Source: Lama glama (taxonomy: Eukaryota). From it: a stretch of DNA of 64,000 nucleotides. The notes beneath the pieces are model-generated. The model did not search any database. It saw nothing but the letters and a program-made list of their open reading frames with translations, and was not told where the DNA came from. The position numbers and the translations under genes were made by a program. The stretch spans positions 5,456,001 to 5,520,000 of the forward strand of contig CM052836.1 of assembly GCA_028534125.1 (NCBI GenBank), read 5' to 3'. This document shows positions 38,122-50,515 of this stretch, one piece after another. Within the stretch, counting starts at the first letter, position 1. Each line of letters starts with the position of its first letter.

Positions 38122-38667
38122 TGAGGTGGGAAGCCCCATGAAAAAGACAGCAGGACCCCCAGGCAGGGCCACTACTCTCCTGCCAGCACCATTTGGTTCC
38201 CTGGCCCAGCAGCATTATCTTGCTTTTTAACTTTGAAACGGCTTACTCCTAGGAAAGCAGAACTTACCCCTAAGATTCTGTTGGTTCCCTGAGCTAACTC
38301 CTGATTGGTCCATTTGTAGTGCTTCATTTGCATGGAGCTCACTCCTGATTGGTCCATTTCTCTCACTCCTGATTGGTCCATTTCTACAAAGCTTGTTCCT
38401 AATTAGTCATCTTTGTTACACATTATTTGCATATGATATTGCAAAATGTTGCAAAGTCTAGACTGGTAGCCTATAAAAGCCTGTGTAAACCTACAAATAG
38501 CGGTCCAGAGCTTGGAATGCTAACTCCTCTGGGCCTGCTGGCATAGTAAACCTGAGTTCTCCAACCCCCCAAGTGCTTCTTGGTCTCTCGCCTGATCCAG
38601 GTTGCTGTCACAACTGAGCTATAACACTCTGCTGTAACACTCAGCTGTAACACAGTTTTCTGCAACA
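38122..38667 (+). mobile_element. ERV1-class solo LTR (546 bp)
   Basis: TG...CA termini, 4-bp TSD ATAC (38118-38121, 38668-38671), repeated CCAAT boxes, TATAAAA 38472-38478, AGTAAA poly(A)-like signal at ~38545. Confidence 0.9.
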
Positions 38668-39439
38668 ATACCAGATAACCTTAAATGTTCATTTTCTTTG
38701 GACTCAGAACCATCAACTGTTCTCCAAACCAAAATTCTGGTGACTTCTACTTCTAAAGTTCTTAACCAATGGTGCCAGGAAATTCTTTCATGTCTTCTTC
38801 AGCTGCGCCGTCCCATAGCTGCCCCACCCAGGATGGTAGCTGTGCATCTTTTTATCCTGTTTCTGTTTTCCCTTGTAGCTATACATGTCAACATATTTAT
38901 ATGTATATTTATATTTTCTACTTTGAGACCTTCTTCAACTGGGCCAAAGGTTTGTTTAACTTTCCTATAAATGCCATCCCAGTGCCTGAGATAGATTGGT
39001 TCGGAGGCACCCAAAGCTATTACCAGGCTGACCCAAGAGACCAGAGTTCCCAGCAAAGAGCCTGTGTCCTGGAGCTGGCAATGCATAGCCTCCATGTATC
39101 TGCAAATAATGAAATGATGAAAGCTATTTAGGACTGCAGTGTGTTTCATCCATTAATCTAATAGTCTTTTTTTTTTTTAAAGCCAATCCCCTGCTTTGGT
39201 CTCCCTGGAATAGAAAAGCCATCTGTACCAATGCAGAACAATTTATTAAAGACTTAAGGGGAAAAATAAGAGTGTGGGAGAGGAGGAGTACATTTTCTTT
39301 TGTGATGTCCCTTGTTTCCACTTTTCTGGTCCACTTTTACTACAGTTTTTCCATGTATGATTTTATATGTTTCCAGGTTTAGATGCCTCATGAACTTGAC
39401 TTTGAAATAAAGTCCAATGTTTCCCTCTTTTCTGTACTT

Positions 39440-39650
39440 TTTGTTAAAATGATGGGTCTAAAAATGTGGGTTTTAGACTTAGGCAGCCTGAGTTCAAAGG
39501 CTAGATGTGCCAATAAGTTGCTTGGTGAACTCAATCTTGTAACCTCTCCGAGCCTTAGTTTTCTCATCTGTAAAATGGGAATCATATCCAGTTTTCCAGG
39601 TTGTGTGATAGCTAAATTAAATAATGGATATGTGCAAAAGCTCTGATGTT
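39440..39650 (+). mobile_element. MIR SINE
   Basis: aacctctccgagccttagttttctcatctgtaaaatggga core. Confidence 0.8.
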
Positions 39651-40594
39651 GAACACATATGCAACTCCCTCTAAATTAAGCTACTAACAAAAAGCACGTG
39701 GTTCTCAGGGAATTTTTGAAACTATCTTTTATTTTTTCTCCCTGATAACTGCTTTGATGCCTCTGAAGTTCATTAGGAAGGAGAGAGAGAGGGTGCGGGG
39801 TGCTGAATATCAGAGTGGATTCCTGATCTGATAGGTACCCAGTTTGCAATAATTTATCCTTTCTGGCCTATCCAGGGTGGTCCTTTCTTGTAGCAGGTCA
39901 ACTGGACCGAACGGGGGAGCCTTGACCAGAAGTATGTGCATTGGTGGGAACGGAAGTAGGTGGTGCATTAAGGAGCAAGGTGGACTTTTTCAGCGAGGCC
40001 TTGTCGATTTCCAGTTGTTACAGAACACTCATTCAGGCTGGCTTAGGGCAGTATGCTGGTTCCAAACACTTGTGGGGAGGGAGGCATCCAATTTTTTTTT
40101 TGACCTTTATATGAAGCTATCCTTAAATGCATTACAATCTTAGTTTTCTAAATTTATTTTCTGCATATTTGGAGCTCTAGAATTTTTATTAAAAGAGTCA
40201 TGAAAGTTCCCTCTCCAGCATCTTGCATGTGTTTCTTACAACATCAGAAAGTTTCTTTTAATCAGAACGTACTGAAAACAACACAGAGCTGAAGGTGACC
40301 CCTGCCTGGTCTTGACGCACTGGGCCATAGGGTGTTGGGTGTCTGATGCTGGACGCCTGCGGAGGATTGAGTCAGTGCCCCCATCTTCCTGTATGCTACT
40401 TAGAACTGTGGTTATTTTCACGTAATCCTCGGCTGGATAGAAAGTGCCTTGAAAACAAGGTACATTTCTAATTTATTTCACCAGCGTTTATAGTCCCTTC
40501 ACAATATCATGCAGACAGCAGGTACACCAAGTGTTTGTGAAAGAATTTGAATGACTCAGACCGCCAGGCGAGATGTCAGCCTGACCAAACTTAC

Positions 40595-40702
40595 CTGCCC
40601 ATTACTTAAAACCATGTTGGCAATTTTTGTTTTTTTAGGGAAATTGCAGAACTATGTGGTTGTTCTTTTCCCCCTCAGCCCCAGCTAATTGGCTTGCTTC
40701 TT
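40595..40702 (-). other. Candidate 108-bp exon with a strong-Kozak ATG (MVLSNGQ, phase 0)
   Basis: Minus strand tttttttgttttcccctcttag|AAG...GCCAACATGGTTTTAAGTAATGGGCAG|gtaagt; both splice sites near-consensus. Confidence 0.4.
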
Positions 40703-40764
40703 CTAAGAGGGGAAAACAAAAAAATCCCATTTAAACTCTTCAATCAGAATTCCAGTGCCCAGTG

Positions 40765-40975
40765 TAGTGGACTGCGTTAATCATGCACTTTGGGGTCAGC
40801 CTGGACAGACTACAGAGGGCGCCCTGTGTGAACTCAGACTAGTGATGGCGATCATATAAACCTTGGCTTTCTCATCTCGAAAAGGAGAATAACAGTAAAT
40901 GCCTTCAGCACAAATTGATAGGAAGCATTAAACATGTACAATACACCCATTAGGGACTCAGTAAATATGAGTTAC
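40765..40975 (+). mobile_element. MIR SINE remnant
   Basis: cagtgtagtgg...ctttctcatctcgaaaaggagaataacagta...actcagtaaatatgagtt. Confidence 0.55.
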
Positions 40976-41039
40976 CTTCCCTTTAAATTTTTTTAAGGCT
41001 TGGTCTCTCAAGTAGGGGAGGAAATATTCATATTCTCTA

Positions 41040-41560
41040 GCAATCAGACAAATTTAAAATAAAACAACCTTTTACGTCCATCATATAATACTAAATGTCA
41101 GCAAGGAGTGTTTAGACAGGAATCTTCTCGGCTGCAAGAGAGAGAATAAACTGGAGCAGCTATTTGGGAAAGCTCTCTTGTCAATCCCTGTGAAATTGAG
41201 TATTTATATACTGTATATATATATATATATATATACAACCAGACATCCCAGCCTTGGGAATATATGCCAGAGAAAGTCCCATATAAGTCCATAAAGAACC
41301 TAGAATAAGAAGAATCATTGCAGAATTGTTTATTATCCTGGGGAGTTAGAGATAATCTGAGTGCCCATCACTAAATAAAACGTGGTGGATGTATTTAACA
41401 TTCCATGCAACTGTTAAATGATACAAACTAGATGTGCAAATGGCAAATAGAGTTTATTGCAAGAAAAACAAACTGATAGGCATCTTTGATGGAAATTGAA
41501 GATACCTGAAAAACAACACTATATATTTTATAAGAGTGCATATAAATTCAAGGCCATAGA
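41040..41560 (+). mobile_element. Ancient L1ME-like fragment with (TA)n at 41214-41234
   Basis: catcccagccttgggaatatatgccagagaaa; attgcagaattgtttattat; taaaacgtggtggatgtat. Confidence 0.65.
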
Positions 41561-41989
41561 TCAAAGTCCTTAGCGCGTGTGCCCATGGGGAGGAACTGGG
41601 AGTGGGGATTTAATAGTGGCGGGGAGAAAAATCTAAAAGGTCCATTATACAGACCACTGATGATGACAGGATGCCATGAACTGAGGGGAATAATTAATTC
41701 AACCCTCTGAACCTGAAGTCCAAAAAAAAAAGGAAAAAATTAATTTTTAATTAAAAGGTGTGTTTGTGTAAGTGCACAGATGCACATGCATACATGTGTG
41801 TCAGATAGATTCATGGAAATGCACACAATGAGCTCAATTAGGGGTACCTTAAGAAAGGATTGGAGATCAACCAGGAGAAGGGGAAGGGAGCTTTTTAAAC
41901 CTATACTTCTGCACTGTTTGACTCTGCCTTGTGAGTGTACAAAATATTTTTGAATAATAGGGGGTTTTTTTTTTGAAAAATTAACTTAT

Positions 41990-42610
41990 CGCCACTCTTC
42001 CAATTTTATCTCTAATCATTTATTTTTCACATTGGTATCAGAATCTTTCTAAGATGCTTGTTTGAATCTGTTAAGTTTCCACTGAAGAGCCTTCCAGTGG
42101 GTCCCCTTTTTTATGATACAACTCCCAAGTCCTAACCCAGAATGGAAGGTCATGTGCCATCTGGTTGATCTCTAAACAAGCTGATCTAAGCCCCTTAGCC
42201 CTTGACTTCTTAAAAATTAGACGACTCAACCGTTTCCAGACTGCCAGACACCATTACATTCTAAATTTGGGTTCATGCTGTGTTCTCTGCTCAAAATGTT
42301 ACCCCCCGATTTTACTGTCACCTGAATGCCTACATATCCATCAAGGCCCGTGTTGTATTTTCTCTTTTCTGGATTTCTCTCTGGCTCCCTGCTTTCCTGA
42401 CCAGACGCTGTCACCTCCTCAGTCTATTTTCCTGTCACATTTTATACAAGCTTCAACAAAAGTCCAGTCAACTCAGTGGCCTGGAGTTATTTGTTACGAT
42501 GTCTGTCTCCCTGGCTAGAATTGAAGTTGTTTTCCCTCTAAATGTTGAAAAATCAGATCCCTGAATAATGTCCGGTGTGTACACAGTGTGAGCCATAACT
42601 GTTGAACTAA
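41990..42610 (+). mobile_element. L2 remnant
   Basis: gccttccagtgggtcccc; ctgtgttctctgctcaaaatgtt; gtctgtctccctggctagaattgaag. Confidence 0.55.
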
Positions 42611-42719
42611 ATTAGAAATTATCTTCTCAGACTATGTCTTTCAATGAACTGTTAAATTATCAGTCTGACTTCAAAATAGAGACAAATCAAGGGTTTTATC
42701 CTAAATTTAAATGTCAAAA

Positions 42720-45570
42720 GACTTCAATGAGCCTTCTAGTTCAGGAAAAGAAAGTGTAGACTCATTTCTTCCTGTTCATTTCCTTTAAGTACATCTAAAA
42801 CTCCTGGAAGTAGTCTAATAGACAATCTTTAAAAAAAATTAGAAAACCTCTGAAAGGTGGTGAGGAAGGCAGACTGGCTGAGGACCTCGGGACTTGAGAA
42901 ATGGCATGGTAGCACGGTAGAGTTCCTTGGGTATTCTTTTTAACTGTCATATATCCCAGACTGGGTTCTGAAGAGGCTTGTATTCAACCTAGAATTTCCA
43001 ATAGGTGTAGACAAAAAAAAAAAAAAAAGCCTCAAGTAAAGACTGTTCTCCCTGCCAAAGTGGGAAAAGGGGAGATCAATGGGCTAGAAATCTTTTTGCT
43101 AATACCAGCCCCAGGCAGCCAACAACCATAAACCACCTGCCATGTGTTCCTTGCTGCACAGCACACAGAGACTGAGTGTGGAGTCCCATCTCCTGTCACC
43201 ACCTTCTGACAGCTGCTGGTGGTGTACCTCCCTCCCCTGCTGGTGGTGCCAACAGAGATCAGGTCGAGAATTTTATATCTGCTCCCCACCCAGCAGCCCA
43301 GGCGACCCAAAGCAGCAGCCCCTACTCTTCTAGCTTATTAGTGGAGGTCAACTGGTACGTGTGGACTCTCACCCTTGTCCAGGAGTGGCCACCAGCACCC
43401 ATTACCCCCCCAAACTAGAGAGCAAGGGGAAGATCTAGAAGAGAGAGCTGGAGAAAGGGATTCCAAAAACCTGCAGAGGAAGATCCAATGAAGTCAAATG
43501 TGAAACTGACCAGAAACAACACACCGAAAGGTGTGAGAATTGAACTGGAGCTTGGATCCTACTCAGACGTTCAGAAATGGCCTCATAGTGTAAGTGCCTC
43601 ACATTAAACTTTTGATTGTTGAGGCATCCATTTCAAAACACATCAATCTTGAATAAATATACTGCTGACTGTATGACATGCCTACTAGCACAACAACCAG
43701 GTGAGGAACTAGACCGCCCCCCTCCAACCCACCCATGAAATCTCCTTTTTCAGAAAGGCCTGGGAAACCTAGACAACTGATCATTTGAATGATCCTGCTT
43801 CTTCCTTCTCGGGTCCTAATTCCCGTTTTTATTCTCTAAATTAGTCAATAAACAATGAACCTGTGAAACCCTATACACCTCACCCTCAGACTCTAATAAA
43901 CACAGAGCCCCAGGCTTCTTCTCTCTGAAAACTAAAGTGTTATTCATATTATAGCCCACAAAGCAGACCAGGATGTGTTCCAAACCTAATCAGGGTACCC
44001 TTCTGCTAAAAATCAAAGACAGAAATACCAAGAACCAGGAAAATCACAACCGGGAGGAGAAAAGACAATGACAGACACCAACACTGAGATGGCTGAGGTG
44101 TTGGAATTGACTGGCAGGGATTTTAAAGCACCCATTACAAAAATTACTTTAGCAAGAAACTACAGATTCTCATGAAAAATGGAGAAAATCTCAAGAAAAA
44201 AGTAGAAGTTACAGAAAGAAACCAAATGGAAAATACAGGCCTGAAAAATCATAAAATCATTTTCCTTAAAAACTTCACTGGATGGACCCAAAAGCAGGAT
44301 GGAAACAGCAGAGGAAAGACTCACTGAACTTGAGCACAAACCAGTAGAATTTACTCAACTGAAACAGTAGAGAGAAGGTAGACCAAAAACCAAACCTAAA
44401 CAAAACAAAAACAGAGGCTCAGAATCCTGTAAGATAGTAACAAAAGACAACATTTATGTCATTAGAGTCTCAGAAGGACAAGAGAAAAATGTGAAGCTGA
44501 AAAAGTATTCACAGAAATAATAGCTGAAAATTTCCCAAATTTGTGGAAAATCTAAACCTATAAATTAAAGAAATTGAGAAAACCCCAAAGAGCATTCACT
44601 CAAAGAAATCCATACCAAGACACATCATAATCAAAATTCTAAAACTGAAGACAAATTAAAAATCTTGAAAGTAGCTGGAAAGAAAGGACACATGTAGGGA
44701 AGCCCTGATTTGAATGGGAGTGGATTTCTCGTCAGAAACCACAGAGCCAAAAGGAAACAGTACAACATTTTAAAAATGCTGACCAAAAAAAAAAAGAACT
44801 ACTAATTTTGAATTCTATATCTAGCAAAAAATATTCTTCAGCAATGAAGGGAAAATAAAGACATTCTCAGAGGAAAGGAAGCTAAGAGGCTTTGTCATCA
44901 GCAAATGAAGAAGAATGTCTATGGGAAGTTCTCCAAACAGAAAGAAAGTGTAACAGAAGAGAGTTGGAAATTTATAAAGGAAGAAAGATCAATAGACTCA
45001 GTCAAAACTGGGGCAAGCAAAATAGGCTAACTTTCTCCTCATGAGTTTTTAAAACTATCTTTGATGGTTGAAGAAAAATATATCATCCAATGTGACACTC
45101 ACTGTATACAGAAGAAATACTAAAAATGCTATATTTTTAATGTGGAGAGGGTAAAGCCACCTAAATGAAAATATGATTTCTACACTTCGCTCAAATTGTA
45201 AAAGTCCATTACTAGTAGGCAGTGATGTTACATACGTATATTGTAAAATCTAGAGCAATCACTAAGAAAATTATGCAGAGACATATTCAAAAATCAAGAT
45301 AAATAATGGAAATTCTAAGGGGAAAAATAGTTCAAGAAAGCAGTGGCGAATGGTGCTGCTCTGATCCCACCTAACAAGTCTTAAAAGCAAGACTCCAAAG
45401 AATTAAACTGTTCTCAAGTCACTTAACTGCATGCCAAAATAAAGGTAAAGGGTATTTAGAACAATACAAAAGTGTCCAGCGCCCAACAAGGTAAAATTCA
45501 CAATATGTGCCTCCTATCAAAAACCACCAGTCATGCAAAGAAGCAGAAATGTATGACATAATGAGATGAC
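42720..45570 (+). mobile_element. Old L1M 5'UTR + ORF1 remnant (frameshifted)
   Basis: ORF1-like motifs aaataatagctgaaaatttcccaaattt, gaaatccataccaagacacatcataatcaaa, ggatttctcgtcagaaacc, gaattctatatctagcaaaaa...ttcagcaatgaagggaaaataaagacattctcag. Confidence 0.8.
43589..43926 (+). mobile_element. LTR-like fragment nested in L1
   Basis: Begins TG, composition unlike flanking L1, with TATA-like ctctaataaacacagagccccaggc near its end; no terminal CA or TSD found. Confidence 0.4.
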
Positions 45571-48294
45571 TTAAAATATCAGCTCTCCCCACCTGACCAC
45601 ACATGCCTCTCCCACATAATCATGACAGTCAGCAGTTACTGTCTTTCAGACTAAATAATTAGACTGGTGTTTATGAGTTATGACTTCAGTGTTTGGTTTG
45701 GTTGTTTGGTTTTGTATGATCTGACTTCTCTTTAGGATAACAAGATAACGAGATCCCAAAACTTCCTCAAGGTCAGAGGTTGCTGTCAATCCAACCTCTA
45801 CTTCAGCATTTTAAAAATAAATGTAAACACACATTTCCTTCCCCACCCCCGCCCCCAATGGATTGAAGGTCACAAGTCCTAATCAGAAGATCTCAGCTCT
45901 GAGAAGTGAAAAAACTGTGATATGCTTGAGCAGTTCTGAAACAGCAGGGGTTTTTTTGTAGTTGAAGAACCCGTGTAGGTAAGCACAAATTGAACGAGGC
46001 AAACAGTTGAAATTTGCCTGTGAATATGCTTACCTTGCCCAGCTGTTGAGAATGGCCAAGTGGAAAGTCAATGCTGACCGTGCGTTCTGAAGACTGACAG
46101 CGTCAATAATCAGATTATCTCCTGCATAAATTGTTTTTGCTGAAACTAGATCTCAAGAATATGCATAAAGGAAATCCTAGGTACGCCATTGGCCCATGAC
46201 TTGAAAGTCCTCTGTGACCACTTAATTTACCTCTTTGAGTGTGATATAAGATGTCAGTTTTTTACTCTCACTGTCTGCATCACCTTGAGCAGGACATAAA
46301 ACATCTCTGGGCTTGTGTGAATAGATGCAAAGATGGAATCCAATCTATTTTCCATTAATCTCACTCAGAGAATAAAATAAGAGTGTGTGCTCAGGGCTTT
46401 CTTTGGCCAGAAAGGCCTCTGACAGATATATAATGCCTTATTGTTTTTGGAACCAACCCCAGCCTGCTGCCTTAAAAATGGGGGTGCTCAGTCAATACCC
46501 TGGAAAGATAAATTGGTTCAGCAAATGAAGGTGTCCATATGAGAAATCCACAGTTGGAAAAAGCCCCAATAAAACAGATTCAGCAGAACCTCCACTAAAT
46601 GTGCAAATGTAAATGCCTTCTCTCTTCCGAGACAAATGAGAGACAATTGAAGGGACAAAGTGAGGTACAAAATGTCTAAAGTCCAAACAGTCCCTACAAA
46701 AAAATGAGAATCGAGTGACACAGAGTACCCAAAGACACTAAGGTATATTTATGAAATACAAAATTCCATTTATTGGGAAGAATCTAGAATTCCATAAAGG
46801 GTAGCATATACGTGGGATACCTCTGTCAAATCTGTAGGAATTACTATCCACTTGGCATATGGTCGTCTGCCCCAATATCTCTGTTTTGCCCAGAAAAATA
46901 TGATACAGAATCTTACTAGACTCAGAGTCTGGGAAATTGTTCCAGCAAAACGCACTGCTTTAGTCTCTGTGTATGACTCTAATGAGCCAAAGCTCATAAC
47001 CCTGTATATTAAGGGAGCGAAAGATCTGATCATTTTAAATTTAAGTTTGAGAGAGATTTTTTAGAAAATCATTGCCTGGGTTATAGTGTTAACTTCACTT
47101 GACTTGGAAAAAACTCAGTTTGTCACACTGCTATCGTGCCTCCTTTGCACTATTTTCAGAATACCTGTACCCCAAAATTCCTGACCTCTACCAGAGCACA
47201 CCCCCAACCATCCTGTATGTCCCTGATGCAATGTTTGTGGTCACCCTATTGGTCTCATTCCCTGGACCCTTTTGGAGGTACATACATTGATATTTCCAAT
47301 AATCTAAATTGCATGATCTAGCAGGAATTATATATTGGAAGCTAAAGTCAGCAGAAACCATTCTAATCAATTAACTTAGAATTATCTTTTTCACTTAACA
47401 GATAAGAGTTTGGAAACAATGAGAAGAACACCCAGCAGGAGAAAGAATGAAAATCCAGCCCTGAGGCTTTAAGCATCTTATGTGGAAAGGCTGGGAGGTC
47501 TAAAAGGACATAGGGGGAAAAATGAAAGAACAGAAGCAGACAGAGAAATTCCATTTTGCTTTGTAAAGTGAAGACTGAGACTTAAATACATTTAAATTTG
47601 TGTAGACACAACATGATTCAGAGAACAAGGAATCAGAGAATCCCAGGTTGTCTCAACTAAAGAGGATATTTGGAAAAGATTCAGTACCATAATCTGAGAT
47701 AGAAGAGATGAGATAGCCTGTTGGGTAGGAGAGAAGCGCCATTTGACTGTAAATATAGACCTGCCAGAACCACACATGTGTGCTCAGGCTGTCCTCCAAG
47801 CCATCGGAGGCAGTGGCTGCAGATATCCGGAGGACTATTGGAACGGGGAACAGATGCTCCTTGTCAAAAACTATTAAAACCCTTCAAGAAGAGGGTAAGC
47901 CCAGAGGCTGACCTGGTAGTGTAGGAGATAAATGAGTGACGCCATTCAAGTGGAGAGAAAACACTCAGGCAGACGGACATTGATAAATGATTTTAACTGT
48001 GATTCCGAAACAACAGGAGTGCAGTAAGTGGGCACTGCTGGCAGCTTCTGGGGACAGGCAACACTGCATCTGCATTAATCAGTCCAGTCCCAGCCCCACC
48101 GCAGACATGATTCATCAGACTGGGTGCCGCATGAGAGAAAAACAGCCTGATCCCCTGAAAAGGGCATTCTGCTAGGAGACAGGAGCACCAGGAAGCACCC
48201 GCAAACATTATTAAGCAGCTGCTATTTGCCAGACCCTACACTTAGCACTTTACCAGTTGTAGCTGTTCAGTCTCCCAGCGCCTTCTGTGATAAG

Positions 48295-48520
48295 CAGTGG
48301 TTCCGTTGGAGCCCGCTTGTACCAGGGTATGAGAGCATCTCTTTGCTGTATGCATCTCTTCCCGGGTCCATGTCTGGTGACCTCATTCTGGAAGCTTGAA
48401 ATTAGCCATGGTGGAACTATCCACTTCAGAGCAATCAGCAAATAGAACAACTCCATTTGGGGGTTTTTTTATTTTTCTTCCAGAGAACTGGTTGTTAAAT
48501 ATTTACCAGCACGCTACTGG
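48295..48520. mobile_element. MER63-like hAT DNA transposon remnant
   Basis: cagtggttccgttggagcccgcttgtacc start and gaactggttgttaaatatttaccagcacgctactgg end. Confidence 0.7.
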
Positions 48521-49741
48521 TGACAAGTACCATGATTACTCCTCTATGAATAAGGACACAGTCACAGAGATGTGAGAAAACTTCCCCCAAGCCACACAAC
48601 TGGAGTGTTGTAGCTTCAGCTCAGTCTCAAGTCTGTTTGGTTCCAAAGCCCAGGCTTGTGACCCATCTGTGCTCAGACGACCCCTGGGCTAGCGCCAAGT
48701 CTGGTAATTTGACATCTCCAAACTTCTTCGGACTCCAGCCTCCTGCTTGGCAAATCGGGTGGTTTAAATGGAAAGATAAGTGGTTTTTATCCAATTCTTC
48801 TGGTCTACTTGTGTGAAGTTCACATCCATCATTTAAACCCTTTCAATAGGGAGACTTGATGTTGTCAATGGCAGTTAACATTTCTCTAGAATACCTATTC
48901 TCCAGTGATACCTACCCATTAGAAGTCATTCTTTAGATAAAATAGTCTCAGGCTGGATGTTAGCCCCCCGGCTAAGGGAACCACATTTTGCATTCAAAGG
49001 CTTTAATCGTGCTATAATGGAAACCTTAACTGAAATGAAGGGAGGAAGCTTTATCCTGGCACTGCCTCATGTGTGATCTGTAAGAGCCTGAGTCATTGTG
49101 GGACTTCCACAGACATTGTGCACATTGTGGAGTTTGCCTTTGCACAGACTATTTCCTATTAATGAAATATCCTTCTCCCATCCTGAATAGAAGGTGCCTC
49201 TGAGGAGTACGGAGTATGGTGTAGACAGAGCTCTGGGTTACACGGAGCAGGTGTTCGAGCCAAGAAAAGCCCTTTTCCATCCTGTTCCTCTACCCTCATT
49301 ACAGACCTGCTGGGTACCAAGGTGGTAACGCTTCACCAAGAATGGAATCTCCCATAATACTTTGCTGAATACATAGTTAAAGCTTGACAACCACAATGAT
49401 TAGTATTTATAGGATTTTGTAGACTGTAAGCAACTTCACATACTTTGTGTTGTCATCACCACAATCTTGCCAAGGGTACAGGGCACCTGATTTCACACTG
49501 GAATTGGCATTCTCTCTCTGCCACTTAGTATTTGGCTTTAGGCAAGCCACTTAGCCTCCTTGTTTTTTTTCCATCTTTAACACTAAGGTAATTATGCCTT
49601 TTTAACCTGGTTCTGGTGAGATTTAAACAAGAAAATGTATTTCAAAAAATCAGTCAACCATATACCATGTTACAAATACAAGCAATCATTTTGCAGGCGG
49701 GGAAACTGAAGCCTGAAAAGATTAGTGACTTGCACAACACC

Positions 49742-49940
49742 AAGAGGGAACCCTAAGGTAAGGTATGAACTTTGGGAGATAGATAATGGGGTGTCAGTGA
49801 AGGTTCAACAGTAACAACCAATGTACCACTTTGGTGGGGGTTGTTGACAGTGAGAGAGAATATACATATATATGGGAAATCTCTCTTTCTCTCTCCTAAT
49901 TTTTCTGTGAACCTAAAACTGCTTTAAAAATTTAGGTTTC
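49742..49940 (+). mobile_element. L1MC-like 3'UTR fragment inserted in a MIR
   Basis: aagagggaaccctaaggtaaggtatgaactttgg...tgtaccactttggtgggggttgttgacag...ttttctgtgaacctaaaactgcttt; MIR-like gattagtga on both sides. Confidence 0.75.
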
Positions 49941-50269
49941 ATTTAAAAAAGATTAGTGATTTTCTGCACGTTACACATCTAGTAAGTTCTGACGCAGGTC
50001 TCTGACAGCGTATTCTGACATTAGCATATTCTGATGCCCCATTCTTCTCATTGTTCTCAGTAATCGCAAATCTTAGAAATCCATAATCTACATTCTGCTT
50101 AGATTTTAACACAATACAATTGGTGTCTGATACAGTGGTGCTCACAAAATCTATAGGTAATAAATAAATACTCTGCCTGCTTGGATGATTACCTAAAATG
50201 TAATAACAGGACAGAACACATCTTTCTATCAGTTTTATAAGTAATTCCACACTGAAGGGAAGGATTGTA

Positions 50270-50515
50270 TGATGAATATGAAATAGAATTCCAAAATCAG
50301 ATGATCCTAGATTTAAATCCAGGCTCTGCCATTTATTACTTATGTGACCTTGAATAAGTTACCTCATATCTATGAACCTTTAGTTTCTTACCTTTAAATG
50401 CAGGTAATAATATTTTATAAAATTGCTAAGAGAACTAAAAATAATATTGTAGCACAAGAAATGAGTACTAAGCTTGGCTTACTACACGCACTCAATAAAT
50501 GTTCACTTTGCTATT
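50270..50515 (+). mobile_element. MIR SINE
   Basis: tttaaatccaggctctgccatttattacttatgtgaccttgaataagttac...actcaataaatgtt. Confidence 0.8.

Noticed and set aside
38295-38385. CRISPR-like short direct repeats
   Set aside because: Eukaryotic LTR U3 enhancer repeats; no unique spacers and no cas genes
46492-46693. Minus-strand exon after ttctcatttttttgtag
   Set aside because: Good acceptor but no convincing donor and no recognisable protein in the open frames
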